Assembly (NCBI GenBank): GCA_041690135.1
Contig: JAWLHY010000004.1
Location: forward strand, 32,001-96,000
Reading direction: 5' to 3'
Origin: Armatimonadota bacterium
GTDB lineage: Bacteria > Armatimonadota > SYMT01
Length of the DNA stretch: 64,000 nt
Made by a program: the position numbers and the translations under genes. The notes below the pieces were generated by a model, which was given only the letters and a program-made list of their open reading frames with translations, made no database searches and was not told the DNA's origin. Positions within the stretch are counted from its first letter, which is position 1. Each line of letters starts with the position of its first letter. This document shows positions 33,841-44,110 of this stretch, in pieces.

Positions 33841-34344
33841 ATGCGCACCCGATCCCGCGGTTTCACCCTGATAGAGCTGCTGGTGGTAATAGCGATCATT
33901 GCCGTTCTCGCCGCCCTCCTCTTTCCTGTATTCGCGCAGGCCCGAGAGAAAGCCCGGCAGACCGCCTGTCTCAGCAACCTGAAGCAGGTGGGAACCGCTC
34001 TCGCCCTGTACGTCCAGGACTTCGATGAGGTCTTCCCCAAAGCCGAATTCTGGGGAGGCGGCTCGTTCTCCGAGTACTACTCGTGGAGCAGCCGTCGCTG
34101 TCTCCAGCCCTACCTGAAGAACGTCGGCGTCTATCGCTGCCCCTCGGACACCTTCCCCACCCCGTTCGATGCCGGCTACTACGGTCTCTCGGCGGACCGC
34201 ACGCCCGCGCCTATCTCGTACATGGCCAACACCCCCTTCTATCCGATGTTCGGCGTGGATTCCCCACGGGGGCTTCTCACCTACGGCCCAGAGCACGGCG
34301 GTGTACCGGAAGCCACCTCCATGGCGGCCGTGGATCCAGCCTGA
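33841..34344 (+). pseudogene. 3'-truncated DUF1559-like prepilin protein
   Basis: [34 protein letters not shown]; stops before the usual H-X9-DG motif. Confidence 0.65.
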
Positions 34345-34781
34345 TGCATGTGGCCGGCACCCTGGAACTCGCTACCACCGTGCAGAACGGCGTCGACCAG
34401 AACGCCTCCAAGGCGATGCAACGCATTACCCTGGAAGTGCGGGAAGCCAAGCGGGTGCAAATCCTCAGCGAGTACCGCTTCCGAGTCTTTTACCCCCTGG
34501 TCGTCAGTGGCGTGTACGACCGCTTCCAGGAGGACAGCGCCCGCTACGTCGAGTTCGTGCAGGGCGATGCGCGAGGCGCTCCGTCCGCGAACGGCAACCT
34601 CCTGTGGCGTAAGACCGATTCCGGCGAGGCTCGGATCCTCGCCCAGGACCTCGATCTTCTCAGCGTGTCGCAGACCTCTCCGCGCAGTATCACGCTCACC
34701 ATTGAAGTCCGGCGTCAGGCCGGGCGGCGCGCGGGGGTCACGCGGCTCACCAACCGCGTGCTGTACCTGCGGAACAGTTAG
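34344..34781 (+). pseudogene. 5'-truncated minor pilin / pseudopilin (PilW-like)
   Basis: QNASKAMQRITLEVREA...LLWRK...RVLYLRN pattern, but the prepilin N-terminus is missing. Confidence 0.5.
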
Positions 34782-34859
34782 GGCAACGGAGCACCCGAAT
34801 GCAACTCACCGTCCATGCGATAGCCCGCCTCATGCCGACAACTCCCGGTCGTGCCGGCC

Positions 34860-35169
34860 CCGCGCCAACCGGAGACCCAAGCGGGGATCCGCGCTGGTTT
34901 CGGCCATGCTGGTCCTGCTCCTGATGACCATCGTGGGCATGGGCATGCCGGCCGCAACGACCCAATCGGTGTTCCTCGCCCGCCTCCAGAAGAACCGTTC
35001 GTACGCTTTCAACAGCGCGGAATCCGGAGCCGAGGCCGCCCTGCTGTACCTGGCCAACGAAGTGGCCGGGGGGAGTGAGACCTCCGCCCGGATGCTCCTC
35101 GCCGCTAAGGCCGGAAGGCTGAAGCGCCCCCCGTCTCCCGCGGGCCGTCCGGCCCCGGCTCCCCGTTAG
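34860..35169 (+). pseudogene. PilX-like N-terminal fragment
   Basis: KRGSALVSAMLVLLLMTIVG...AFNSAESGAEAALLYL; no local in-frame start upstream of the motif and an early stop. Confidence 0.55.
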
Positions 35170-35276
35170 ATCGCCGAAAGAGGGCTGGCCGCACCTGCGA
35201 CCCGCCCTCTCACACCGTTTTGCCTCGATCCCGCTTCCCCGGAAACCCCGAGGTGGGGACGGTGCTCGCACGCGAT

Positions 35277-35939
35277 CTACGCGGCCGGCGGGCAGAACCA
35301 CCCCCGCTGCAGCGCGAAGATGGCTGCCTGGGTACGGTCCCGCACGTTCAGCTTCTCAAAGATGCGGTGAAGGTGCGTCTTCACGGTCGTCTCATCGATG
35401 CAGAGCTCCCGGGCGATCTGCTTGTTGCTATAACCGCGCACGACCCATTCGAGCACATCCATCTCGCGGCGCGATAGTACATCGCACGGGGTGGGCGTGA
35501 TGCGCGCCCGGTTCTGCCGGAGTTGCCGGAACTCCGTAAGTAGCTTGCGCAGCAGGTTCGACGGCAGATAAGCGCCGCCGCGGGCCACTTCCCGCAGGGT
35601 GCCGATCAGCTCCTGATGACTGCAGTCCTTCATCAAGTAGGCACGGGCCCCGGAAGCAATCCCCTCAAAGATGAACTCATCTTCGTCGTGCATAGTTAGC
35701 AGCACGACCCCCACGTCGGGCCAACGCGAAGCGATCTGCTGGGAGGCCGCAATCCCCCCGATGCCCGGCATCCGCACATCCACGAGGGCTACATTGGGTT
35801 TCAGACGCTCCACCAGGTTGACGGCCTCTTCTCCATCCGAAGCGACCCCCACGACCTGCACGTCTTTCTCCAGGCTGAGGAGGCGGATGAGACCCTCTCG
35901 CACTAGCTGGTGGTCATCTGCCACTACAAGTCGGATCAC
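35277..35939 (-). CDS. NarL/LuxR-family response regulator
   Basis: VADDH, DVRMP, LSRREMDVL...SNKQIA...TVKTH. Confidence 0.93.
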   Translation of the reverse strand: MIRLVVADDHQLVREGLIRLLSLEKDVQVVGVASDGEEAVNLVERLKPNVALVDVRMPGIGGIAASQQIASRWPDVGVVLLTMHDEDEFIFEGIASGARAYLMKDCSHQELIGTLREVARGGAYLPSNLLRKLLTEFRQLRQNRARITPTPCDVLSRREMDVLEWVVRGYSNKQIARELCIDETTVKTHLHRIFEKLNVRDRTQAAIFALQRGWFCPPAA

Positions 35940-36066
35940 GACGCATTCCTTTCTCTATTCGGACACACGACCCCCAGGGTCGCGTGGATTGAGTTCCATC
36001 CTGTGCACCGGACCGGCGGAGAGGTGACACATTCTCTCGCCCGGAACCGGCTTCCACGCCACGTTC

Positions 36067-37296
36067 CTAATCCGTCACCGGCGCTGTCACCCGGATCACG
36101 GTGCCTTCGCCCGGATCCGTAACCACGCTCAGCTGCCCGCCTACCAACTCGACCCGATCCCGCAGCGAGCTCAGCCCCAGGTGTTGCCCTTCCCGTTGCC
36201 CGAACTCTTCGGGATCGAAGCCCTTTCCGTCGTCCCTGATCTCCAGTGCACAGGACCGCTCCCGGAGATCGAGGAGCACCCACGCATGGCGCGCTTCCGC
36301 GTGCTTCCACACGTTGGTAAGCGCTTCCTGGGTGATCCGGTAAAAGCAGGACTCCAATACGGAGGGCAACCTGCGCCGGAGCCCCTGGCGGACGACTTCG
36401 GTGCGAATTCCCGTTCGTTTTTCAAACTGTTCCGCGTAACTCCGCAGAGCGGAGTGCAACCCCATGTCATCAAGGACGGGAGGGCGAAGGTCCAACATGA
36501 GGCCCCGGGTTTCCTGGATGGCGCTGCGGATGATGCGCTCCAGTTCATCCATCACCGTCTGAAACGTGGCGCCGTCCGCCGGATCGACGGCGCGCGCCGT
36601 CTCCAGGTTTCGGAGCACCGCAAACATAGTTTGGGCAGGACCATCATGAATCTGGAGGGCGATCCGCTTGCGTTCTTCCTCCTGCGCGCACGTAACCTCA
36701 TCCAACAGGCGCTCCACGGTCCGGCGCTGACGCCGCATCTCCTCGTAGGAACGGGCATTCCGGATGGCGAGCGCCGCCTGGTGGCCGAATGCCGTCAGCA
36801 ACTCCAGGTCCGCTTCCGTGAAAGGCTGCTCTCCTTCCCGGTTGTTCACGCTTACCACGCCGAGGATCTGCTCCTCCGCCTGGAGTGGCACGCACATGGC
36901 GTCGCGCACGTCGCTGCGGCGGCAAACCCTCCGGAACCGAGGATCCGAAGTAGACCCATGAATCAGTAGAGGCTGCCCCGTGGAGGCCACCCATCCCGCC
37001 ACTCCCTGATCCAACTTTTGCGTGCGGCCCTGGATCCGGCGCGCGCGGGGGCCGAACGCCGCCACCACTTCGAGCTCGGCACCTCCCGGCTTGAGCAGCA
37101 TGATCGAGCCGCTCTCCGCCTCGAGAATACTCTTCGCCTGGCTCAAGATATGATCGAGGACCGCGTTCAACTCCAGGCTGGAATTGACCACCCGCGCCAC
37201 ATCCACCAGACAGCTCAGCCGCCGCGCGACCTGGGCCGAAATTTCGGTTCCGGCAACTACTGCGTCCGGAGTAGGGGCCATCGTGCTACAGTCCAC
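36067..37296 (-). CDS. GAF-domain sensor histidine kinase (HisKA_3)
   Basis: GAF domain, ERKRIALQIHDG, QEALTNVWKH, DDGKGF, HLGL. Confidence 0.92.
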   Translation of the reverse strand: MDCSTMAPTPDAVVAGTEISAQVARRLSCLVDVARVVNSSLELNAVLDHILSQAKSILEAESGSIMLLKPGGAELEVVAAFGPRARRIQGRTQKLDQGVAGWVASTGQPLLIHGSTSDPRFRRVCRRSDVRDAMCVPLQAEEQILGVVSVNNREGEQPFTEADLELLTAFGHQAALAIRNARSYEEMRRQRRTVERLLDEVTCAQEEERKRIALQIHDGPAQTMFAVLRNLETARAVDPADGATFQTVMDELERIIRSAIQETRGLMLDLRPPVLDDMGLHSALRSYAEQFEKRTGIRTEVVRQGLRRRLPSVLESCFYRITQEALTNVWKHAEARHAWVLLDLRERSCALEIRDDGKGFDPEEFGQREGQHLGLSSLRDRVELVGGQLSVVTDPGEGTVIRVTAPVTD

Positions 37297-37701
37297 CCGT
37301 CAGTTCCTTTCACTTCAGTAATTGTTGCGGGTGGTTCGCAATCCTGTAGGGTAACCCGTCGGGCGGTTGTGCCACGGGAACCGGAACGGTCTCATCCGTA
37401 CGATTTCAACGAATTGCCCAAACTTTCCGGGCTCGACCTCCGTCTAATCGGCGGCTCGCAGTCGGTTCGGCGCCCCTCCACCAAATCTCCGGCACGCTCT
37501 CCGCGAACGGGAGGAAGGAAATCGCCGAGCGGTCGCCGAACTTTCGGCGGAAGCGTTGCCCCCGAGCGCAGAATCGGTGCCCCGCGCCCCCAGCGCCTCA
37601 GGTGTCGCGCACACTCCACAGCCTTTAGAACATTAGCTTTCCTATTGCCCGCTCCCGGCCCGGGTCACCCCGAAACGCCCGGCCGGCCACGGAGGCAGCT
37701 C

Positions 37702-40170
37702 GTGATAGCCCGATTGACCCGTTTCCGCACGGCGGCGGTATCTCTAACACTTCTCGGCCTGGCAGCCCTGTCTGTTTCCGCTGAGCCGCCCATTTCCCTC
37801 GAGCGTGTCAGCGTCTCATCCTCCGAACTGGAAGATGAGAACCCCAGCTACGGCACCCTCGGCCTCAGTTCCGATGGCCGCTACGTGGCCTTCACCTCCA
37901 ACGCCGAGGCGTGGGTGCCGCAGTTCGCCCAGAATTTCCAGCCCGACATCTGGGTGCGGGACCGGAAGACGGGAATCACCGAACTGGTCAGCGTGGCGAC
38001 CTCCACTCTCAACGGTCGCGCCATCGGCAATGGGCGCAGCTACCTGCCCAGCATCAGCGATAACGGGCGGTTCGTCGCCTTCGTGTCCAATGCGACCAAC
38101 TTCGCCGGTGTTGGAATCACCGACGATAACAACGCGAGCGACATCTTTTACCGCGATCGGCGCGGGCGCACCACGCGCGTCAGCGTCGGTCCCGGCTCCG
38201 CGCAGGCCAACGGGGCCAGCACGAACCCGCACATCAGCGGCAACGGTGAGTTCGTGGCCTTCCAATCGGACGCCACCAACCTTGACGGCGCGGATCAAAA
38301 CGATTCGACGGACGTCTTCGTCCACCAGGTCGATACCAGCGGCTTCGGGTTTCTCGGGATCACCACCCGCGTGAGCGAGGATGAGTTCGGCGTCGAGGGC
38401 GATGGACCGAGTAGTTTCCCTTCGATCAGTGCCGACGGCCGGTTCGTAGCCTTCCAATCGCAGGCCACCAACCTGCATCCCGACGACACGGACCCGAATA
38501 CGGACATCTACGTTAAGGACATGACCACGGGGGCCATTACCCTGGTGAGCGTAGACGATGCCGGATTGCCGGGCGATGGGGAGAGCACTCTCCCGGCCAT
38601 CAGCGCGGACGGGCAGTTCGTCGCCTTCGTTTCTACTTCCACCAACCTGGTTCTGGACGATTTCAACGACGTCAGTGACGTGTTCGTCCGGGACCTGGTC
38701 AACGGCATCACCTTGCGGGTAAGCATCGACTCCGACGGCGTGGAATCCCCCGACCTTCCCAGCGGAGAGTACCTGACCGACCCGATCCTGGGCCGGCCCA
38801 CCCTCAGCGCCGACGGCAACCTGGTCGCCTTCATCTCCGACGCCGCCCTGGAGTTCGACGACTCCAACGACGCTCCGGATGTCTACATCCACAACGTGGC
38901 GGAAGCGCTCACGGAACGGTTGAGCATCTCCACGGACGGCTTCGAGAGCGACGGGGCGAGCCTGGCGCCCGTGATGACTCCGGACGGCAGTGTCGTGGCG
39001 TACCAGTCCGATGGGACTGCCCTGGTCGACGACGACTTCAACGACGTCACCGACGTCTTCGTGGCCACCATCGGGGAATCGAGCGTGCTCAACCTGCCCC
39101 CGGTGGCGGATGCCGGGTTCGACCAGGTGGTGACCGAGGGTGATGTCGTGACGCTCGACGCCTCCGGGAGCAGCGATCCGAACAACGATCCGCTCTCGTT
39201 CCTCTGGCGCCAGGTTGACGGACCGACGGTCACGCTGAGCAGCACGACCTCGCAGGTGCCGTCCTTCACGGCCCCCCTGGTGGATCAGTTCGAGGTCATC
39301 GAGTTCGAAGTGGTCGTCTCCGATGGGATCAACGAACCGGATTTCGCCTCGGTGTTTATCGAGGTAAGTGCGGCCCCCCCGGCAGTGCTGACCGGTTCCG
39401 TCCGGGACATCCACGGCAACGGGATCCAGGGGGCGCTGGTCACCGCGGTGCGGTCCGACGGCGTCTCCGCAATCCCCATCGAGACCGATGAAAACGGCAA
39501 CTACATCATGTTCGACCTGCGGGAGGGTCTGAACACAATCACGGCCAGCGCGCCCGGGTATGAGCCGGCCGTTCGGACTATCAACGCCCGCCGCCTGGAG
39601 ATCTACGTCGAACAGTTCGGCCTCCAGGCCGTGACCACCACTCTCCGTGGCGAAGTTCTCCAGCGCAATGGGCAGCCGGTGGGCGAGGCGGCAGTGGAGT
39701 TGCTCGACGTGAACGGCGATGTGCTGGACAGCACCACCACCGACGCCGATGGCACTTACCTTCTGGACAAGATCGACCGCTTTGCCCTGAGCGCGGCCAC
39801 CACCCTGCGTGTCAGCAAAGAAGGCTATATCGATTGGCTGGAGTCCACCGCGGGCATCAGCAGCGGAACGGAGAACGTACGGAATTTCCGGTACGGGGAT
39901 CTGGTGGTCCTGGTGGATACGAAGCCGGCGAAGCTGCGTAAGAACCTGGACGGGACGATGGTGCAGATCCTGATCGGCGACAAGGTGGTGGCCGACAACG
40001 AGGCCACGAAGAAGGTGCGCCGCCTGGTCTTCACCAACGTGCCGGCTACCACGGTGAAGATCCGTGCCGTCAACCCCAACCTGACCGCATCGCAGGTTCT
40101 CCAGCGAGTCGGCTCCGGCCCTCGCCAGACCAAGACGGTCATCAAGCTGCTCCGGAAGGGCGTCTTCTAG
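37702..40170 (+). CDS. Secreted protein with TolB-like beta-propeller repeats, a PKD-like domain and carboxypeptidase-regulatory-like domains
   Basis: GGAGG then GTG at 37702; signal peptide; repeated PSISADGRFVAF.S.ATNL; PVADAG...TLDASGSSDP. Confidence 0.85.
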   Translation: MIARLTRFRTAAVSLTLLGLAALSVSAEPPISLERVSVSSSELEDENPSYGTLGLSSDGRYVAFTSNAEAWVPQFAQNFQPDIWVRDRKTGITELVSVATSTLNGRAIGNGRSYLPSISDNGRFVAFVSNATNFAGVGITDDNNASDIFYRDRRGRTTRVSVGPGSAQANGASTNPHISGNGEFVAFQSDATNLDGADQNDSTDVFVHQVDTSGFGFLGITTRVSEDEFGVEGDGPSSFPSISADGRFVAFQSQATNLHPDDTDPNTDIYVKDMTTGAITLVSVDDAGLPGDGESTLPAISADGQFVAFVSTSTNLVLDDFNDVSDVFVRDLVNGITLRVSIDSDGVESPDLPSGEYLTDPILGRPTLSADGNLVAFISDAALEFDDSNDAPDVYIHNVAEALTERLSISTDGFESDGASLAPVMTPDGSVVAYQSDGTALVDDDFNDVTDVFVATIGESSVLNLPPVADAGFDQVVTEGDVVTLDASGSSDPNNDPLSFLWRQVDGPTVTLSSTTSQVPSFTAPLVDQFEVIEFEVVVSDGINEPDFASVFIEVSAAPPAVLTGSVRDIHGNGIQGALVTAVRSDGVSAIPIETDENGNYIMFDLREGLNTITASAPGYEPAVRTINARRLEIYVEQFGLQAVTTTLRGEVLQRNGQPVGEAAVELLDVNGDVLDSTTTDADGTYLLDKIDRFALSAATTLRVSKEGYIDWLESTAGISSGTENVRNFRYGDLVVLVDTKPAKLRKNLDGTMVQILIGDKVVADNEATKKVRRLVFTNVPATTVKIRAVNPNLTASQVLQRVGSGPRQTKTVIKLLRKGVF

Positions 40171-40270
40171 AGAACAGCCGGACGAACCGGAAGGTTCGGA
40201 CGTAACCTGGATACAATACCGGCAGGTCGAGAGTGCTCGACCTGCCGTTTTCATTCCGGGAGGACCGAAG

Positions 40271-41458
40271 TTGGCACGCCCGCTGCGCACCGGAATCGGG
40301 TTGCTCCTTTCTCTGCTCGCCGCCTCTACCTCGCCGGTCCCCGGACAAGGTCGGGAGACCGGGCGCTGGCAGCCGGCGGGTTCACTTTCGGTGGGCCGCT
40401 ACGCACCGGCGGGCGTCCTCCTCCCCGATGGGCGCTGCCTCATCGCGGGCGGCTATAGCTTCGAGACGAACCGGACCCACCGCAGCTCCGAGCTCTTCGA
40501 TCCCGGACAGGACCCGGATAAGGCCTGGAACTCCGGCCCGGAGATGGCCCTGGATCGTAACTTCCCCGTTGCCGTGCCGCTACCCGGCGGCGGGGCACTC
40601 TTTTCCGCGGGATTCCGGGTCCGTACGGGCACCACGGCCAGCACCGAGCACCTGCAGCTAACGCCGCTGCGTTTCCGAACTGGCGAGCCCTTGCAGCAGG
40701 AGCGGGAGTTATTCAGTGTCACGCGTCTTCACGATGGCCGCTTCCTGCTCGCCGGTGGCTTCTCTACCCGTCGCGGCCGCACCCTCGACAGCGCGGAGAT
40801 CTTCGATCCCCTGAAGGGAAGCTTCGTCCTTACGGAAGGGCCGCTCCTCCACGCGCGCTTCGGCCACACCGGCGTGCTGCTTCCGGATGGCAAGGTCCTT
40901 ATCGTTGGGGGGAAAGTTCTCGGAACCAACGATGACGTGCTGCCCGCCGAACTGTACGATCCCGCGACCGGCCGCTTCACCGAAACCGGAAAGCTGCAGG
41001 TGGGCCGCGACCGCTGCACGGCATGGCCGGTCCAGATGGCCGTGGCGCCGGAGAAGGAGAAGCGCGACTTCGTGCTGATCGCCGGCGGCTCCGCGAAAGA
41101 GGGGGGCACCCTTCCCGCTCGACGCTGCGAGCTGTACGACCCGGTCGCCGGATCCTTCCGACCGGGACCGGAACTGCTGACCGACCGCATGGCCCACACC
41201 GCAACGCCCCTCGCCGGGAGTCGCGTGTTACTGGTGGGCGGCTGGTCCGGCTCCGAGAACCGCACGACCCCGCGCGCCGAGTTGTGGAGCCCCACGGAGC
41301 AGCGCTTCCTTCCGGCCGGAACTCTCCAGGTGGGGCGTCACGATCACGTCAGCATCCTTCTCAAAGGCGGACGGGTGCTCGTTGCCGGGGGCAAGGAAGC
41401 TCCGGCCCGAGCAGGCGTCGAAACCCCCACGCTCTGCGAGCTCTGGTCTCCCGAGTAA
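40271..41458 (+). CDS. Secreted Kelch-repeat protein
   Basis: Repeated R..HT...L.DGKVLIVGG...AELYDP units; signal peptide. Confidence 0.85.
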   Translation: MARPLRTGIGLLLSLLAASTSPVPGQGRETGRWQPAGSLSVGRYAPAGVLLPDGRCLIAGGYSFETNRTHRSSELFDPGQDPDKAWNSGPEMALDRNFPVAVPLPGGGALFSAGFRVRTGTTASTEHLQLTPLRFRTGEPLQQERELFSVTRLHDGRFLLAGGFSTRRGRTLDSAEIFDPLKGSFVLTEGPLLHARFGHTGVLLPDGKVLIVGGKVLGTNDDVLPAELYDPATGRFTETGKLQVGRDRCTAWPVQMAVAPEKEKRDFVLIAGGSAKEGGTLPARRCELYDPVAGSFRPGPELLTDRMAHTATPLAGSRVLLVGGWSGSENRTTPRAELWSPTEQRFLPAGTLQVGRHDHVSILLKGGRVLVAGGKEAPARAGVETPTLCELWSPE

Positions 41459-41550
41459 CCGAACGCAGTTCTCGTGACGCAAGACCCCTCGGCATTGCCT
41501 GCAATGGGTGGCGGATACGGGACCCCGGCGTCCTTCGAGGAGAGCCCGAT

Positions 41551-41579
41551 TTGACCCCTGCCGGACCCCCTCATATAAT
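41551..41579 (+). promoter_or_regulatory. Sigma70-type promoter of hisD
   Basis: TTGACC-N17-TATAAT. Confidence 0.7.
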
Positions 41580-41609
41580 GGGGCGGTTCACCCACAAGGC
41601 AGCAGGGCC

Positions 41610-42893
41610 ATGCAATTCCTCAACACCCGCACCGATAGTGCCGAGCGGATCGCCGCCGTACTCACCCAAAGCAACACGATGGACCTTCCCGAGGTCGAGG
41701 CGGCGGTCCGCGAGATCGTCGCTAACGTCCGGGCCCGCGGAGATGCCGCCGTACGCGAGTATCTCCAGCGTTTCGACGGCGTCGCCCTCGACCATCTGGA
41801 GGTCACCGAGGCCGAATTCGCGGCCGCGGAAGCCGCCGTCGACGCGGAATTCGTGGCCGCGGTGGAGACGGCCATCGCTAACGTGCGCGCCTTCCACGAA
41901 CGCGAGCGCCCGCAGAGCTGGATCTGGGAAGAGGACGGCACGCGGCTCGGACAACTCGTGCGACCCCTCGAGCGCGTGGGGGTGTGCGTGCCGGCCGGTA
42001 AAGCCCCCCTCCCCAGCACGGTGATCATGGCGACGGTGCCGGCCCGCGTGGCGGGGGTGCGGGAGATCGTGGTCGCCTCGACCCCACAAAAGGACGGCAG
42101 CGCCAACCCCTACACCCTCGTGGCGGCGCGCCGCGCGGGTGTGGACCGCGTCTTTAAGATCGGAGGCGCGCAGGCCGTGGCCGCCATGGCTTTCGGGACG
42201 GACTCCGTGCCCAAGGTGGACAAGATCGTCGGACCCGGAGGGCCCTACACGGTGCTGGCGAAGCGCCTGGTCTTCGGGTTCGTGGACATCGAAAGCCTGC
42301 CGGGACCCACCGAGGTCCTGGTGATCGCGGATGAAACCGCCAACCCCCGCTGGCTCGCCGCCGACCTGCTCTCCCAGGCGGAACACGGGGCGGACAGCCT
42401 GGCCATCCTGCTCACTCCCAGTGAAGAACTGGGCCGGGCGGTAGCGGCGGAAGTGGAAGTTCAGACCGAGCGGCTCTCCCGCCGGGACACCATCCGGGAA
42501 TGCATCCGCAACAACGGTTGGGTAATCCTGACTCGGGATCTGGAAGAGGCATGCGAGCTCTCGAACCGGTGCGCCCCGGAACACCTGGAGGTGGTCATCC
42601 GGGACCCCGACGCTTACCTGGACCGCCTGCACCACGCGGGGGCCATTTTCGTGGGCGGCTACACCCCCGAGCCGATCGGCGACTACATCGCGGGCCCGAG
42701 CCACATCCTCCCCACGGGAGGCACAGCCCGGTTCTCCTCGCCGCTCCACGTGGATGACTTCGTGAAGAAGACCTCCCTGCTCCAGTACTCCCGCAGCCGC
42801 TTCGAGCGCGAGGCCGGACACGTCATCCGCCTCGCCGAGGCGGAAACGCTGGATGCGCACGCCAACTCCGTCCGCGTACGCCTTGCCGAGTAG
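41610..42893 (+). CDS. hisD: Histidinol dehydrogenase
   Basis: GGAQAVAAMA, KIVGPG, GPTEV, DLLSQAEH, APEHLE, GDYIAGPSHILPT. Confidence 0.95.
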   Translation: MQFLNTRTDSAERIAAVLTQSNTMDLPEVEAAVREIVANVRARGDAAVREYLQRFDGVALDHLEVTEAEFAAAEAAVDAEFVAAVETAIANVRAFHERERPQSWIWEEDGTRLGQLVRPLERVGVCVPAGKAPLPSTVIMATVPARVAGVREIVVASTPQKDGSANPYTLVAARRAGVDRVFKIGGAQAVAAMAFGTDSVPKVDKIVGPGGPYTVLAKRLVFGFVDIESLPGPTEVLVIADETANPRWLAADLLSQAEHGADSLAILLTPSEELGRAVAAEVEVQTERLSRRDTIRECIRNNGWVILTRDLEEACELSNRCAPEHLEVVIRDPDAYLDRLHHAGAIFVGGYTPEPIGDYIAGPSHILPTGGTARFSSPLHVDDFVKKTSLLQYSRSRFEREAGHVIRLAEAETLDAHANSVRVRLAE

Positions 42894-42962
42894 TCTCGTG
42901 CAAGGCCCTGGCGTTCGGGGCCTCAATTGCACGTGACACCTGATTCTGGGAAGCACCTAGCG

Positions 42963-43877
42963 ATGACACGACTACTCGACAACCCTATTCTCACCGCCGA
43001 CTGCCCACCCAAGATCAACCTCTACCTCCGCATCGTCCGCCGGCGGGAGGATGGCTACCACGAGTTGGAGACGGTGTTCCAATCCGTCGGCGGCGGGGAC
43101 ACGTTGTCCGTAACTGCGGCCGGTTCGCTCGTCCTCACCTGCGATGCGCCCAACGTGCCCCTGGACGAGAGCAACCTGGTCCTCAAGGCCGCACGATTGC
43201 TCCAGGCCAGGCACCCACAAGCGGCGACCAGCGGCGCCGCCTTACACCTGCAAAAGCGGACCCCGATGGGTGCGGGAATGGGTGGAGGGAGTGTGGATGG
43301 CGCCGCCGCCCTGGTCCTGCTGAGCCGCCTCTGGGGTCTTGCCGTCCCCCCGGAAGAGCTGCACGCGATGGCCGCGGAGTTGGGCTCCGACGTTCCTTTC
43401 TTCCTGCGCGGCGGCACCGCCCTCGCCCGCGGGCGCGGAGAGGTGCTGGAGAGCCTCCCGACCCCGCCGCTCTGGCTGGTCCTGCTCCGCCCGCCCGTGA
43501 GTGTCAGTACGCCCTGGGCGTACCGGCAGTGGAGCGCCGGGGACTGCGGCGGCGCCACCCTGGATGAGTTCACGACGGCCCTGGCCTCCAGCGATCCGCA
43601 GGCAGTGGCCGAAACCCTACGCAACGACCTGGAACCCGGCGTGGCGGCCGGCGTTCCCGAGATCGCCGCGGCGCGCGACTGGCTGCTCCGGCAGGGCGTC
43701 CTGGGCGCGCGGATGACCGGCAGCGGCAGCGTGGTGTTCGGGATCTGCGCCAACGAAACGCACGCCCGCGAGATCGCCGCGCGGCCGGGTGCCCCCGGTC
43801 GCCTCTGGGCCGCCCCGGCCCTTTCGGCCACGCAGGCAACACTCGGGGTGGCTGCGGCTGGTACGGATCGGCAGTAG
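42963..43877 (+). CDS. ispE: 4-diphosphocytidyl-2-C-methyl-D-erythritol kinase
   Basis: KINLYL, DGYHELET, PMGAGMGGGS, LGSDVPFF, MTGSGS. Confidence 0.95.
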   Translation: MTRLLDNPILTADCPPKINLYLRIVRRREDGYHELETVFQSVGGGDTLSVTAAGSLVLTCDAPNVPLDESNLVLKAARLLQARHPQAATSGAALHLQKRTPMGAGMGGGSVDGAAALVLLSRLWGLAVPPEELHAMAAELGSDVPFFLRGGTALARGRGEVLESLPTPPLWLVLLRPPVSVSTPWAYRQWSAGDCGGATLDEFTTALASSDPQAVAETLRNDLEPGVAAGVPEIAAARDWLLRQGVLGARMTGSGSVVFGICANETHAREIAARPGAPGRLWAAPALSATQATLGVAAAGTDRQ

Positions 43878-44110
43878 CCGGGATCAGCGTCGGCAGGTTG
43901 AAGGTTGGAGGTTGAGGGTTGGGGAACCCCTAAACCGCTGGCGGGTGCGGTTTGGCCGATGTGGGTGCTGAGTTACAGCCCCCCGCAGATTAAAGGTTGG
44001 AACTCCTGAATGCCGCGTGCCTGAACACCTGAACGCCCGAACATTTACGCCCCACAGGGGTGCCTGACCACCCCAACACCGGCGGACGGGACGTCCGCGC
44101 TCCATTCCTC

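Noticed and set aside
37018-37701. Long N-terminal extensions of ORF-track proteins (also at 2413-3438, 11915, 26512, 41508)
   Set aside because: They overlap divergent genes or promoters; downstream starts with an RBS or family-typical N-termini fit better.
37816-40290. 824-aa minus-strand ORF
   Set aside because: Antisense shadow of the secreted beta-propeller gene; the same applies to similar long antisense ORFs elsewhere.
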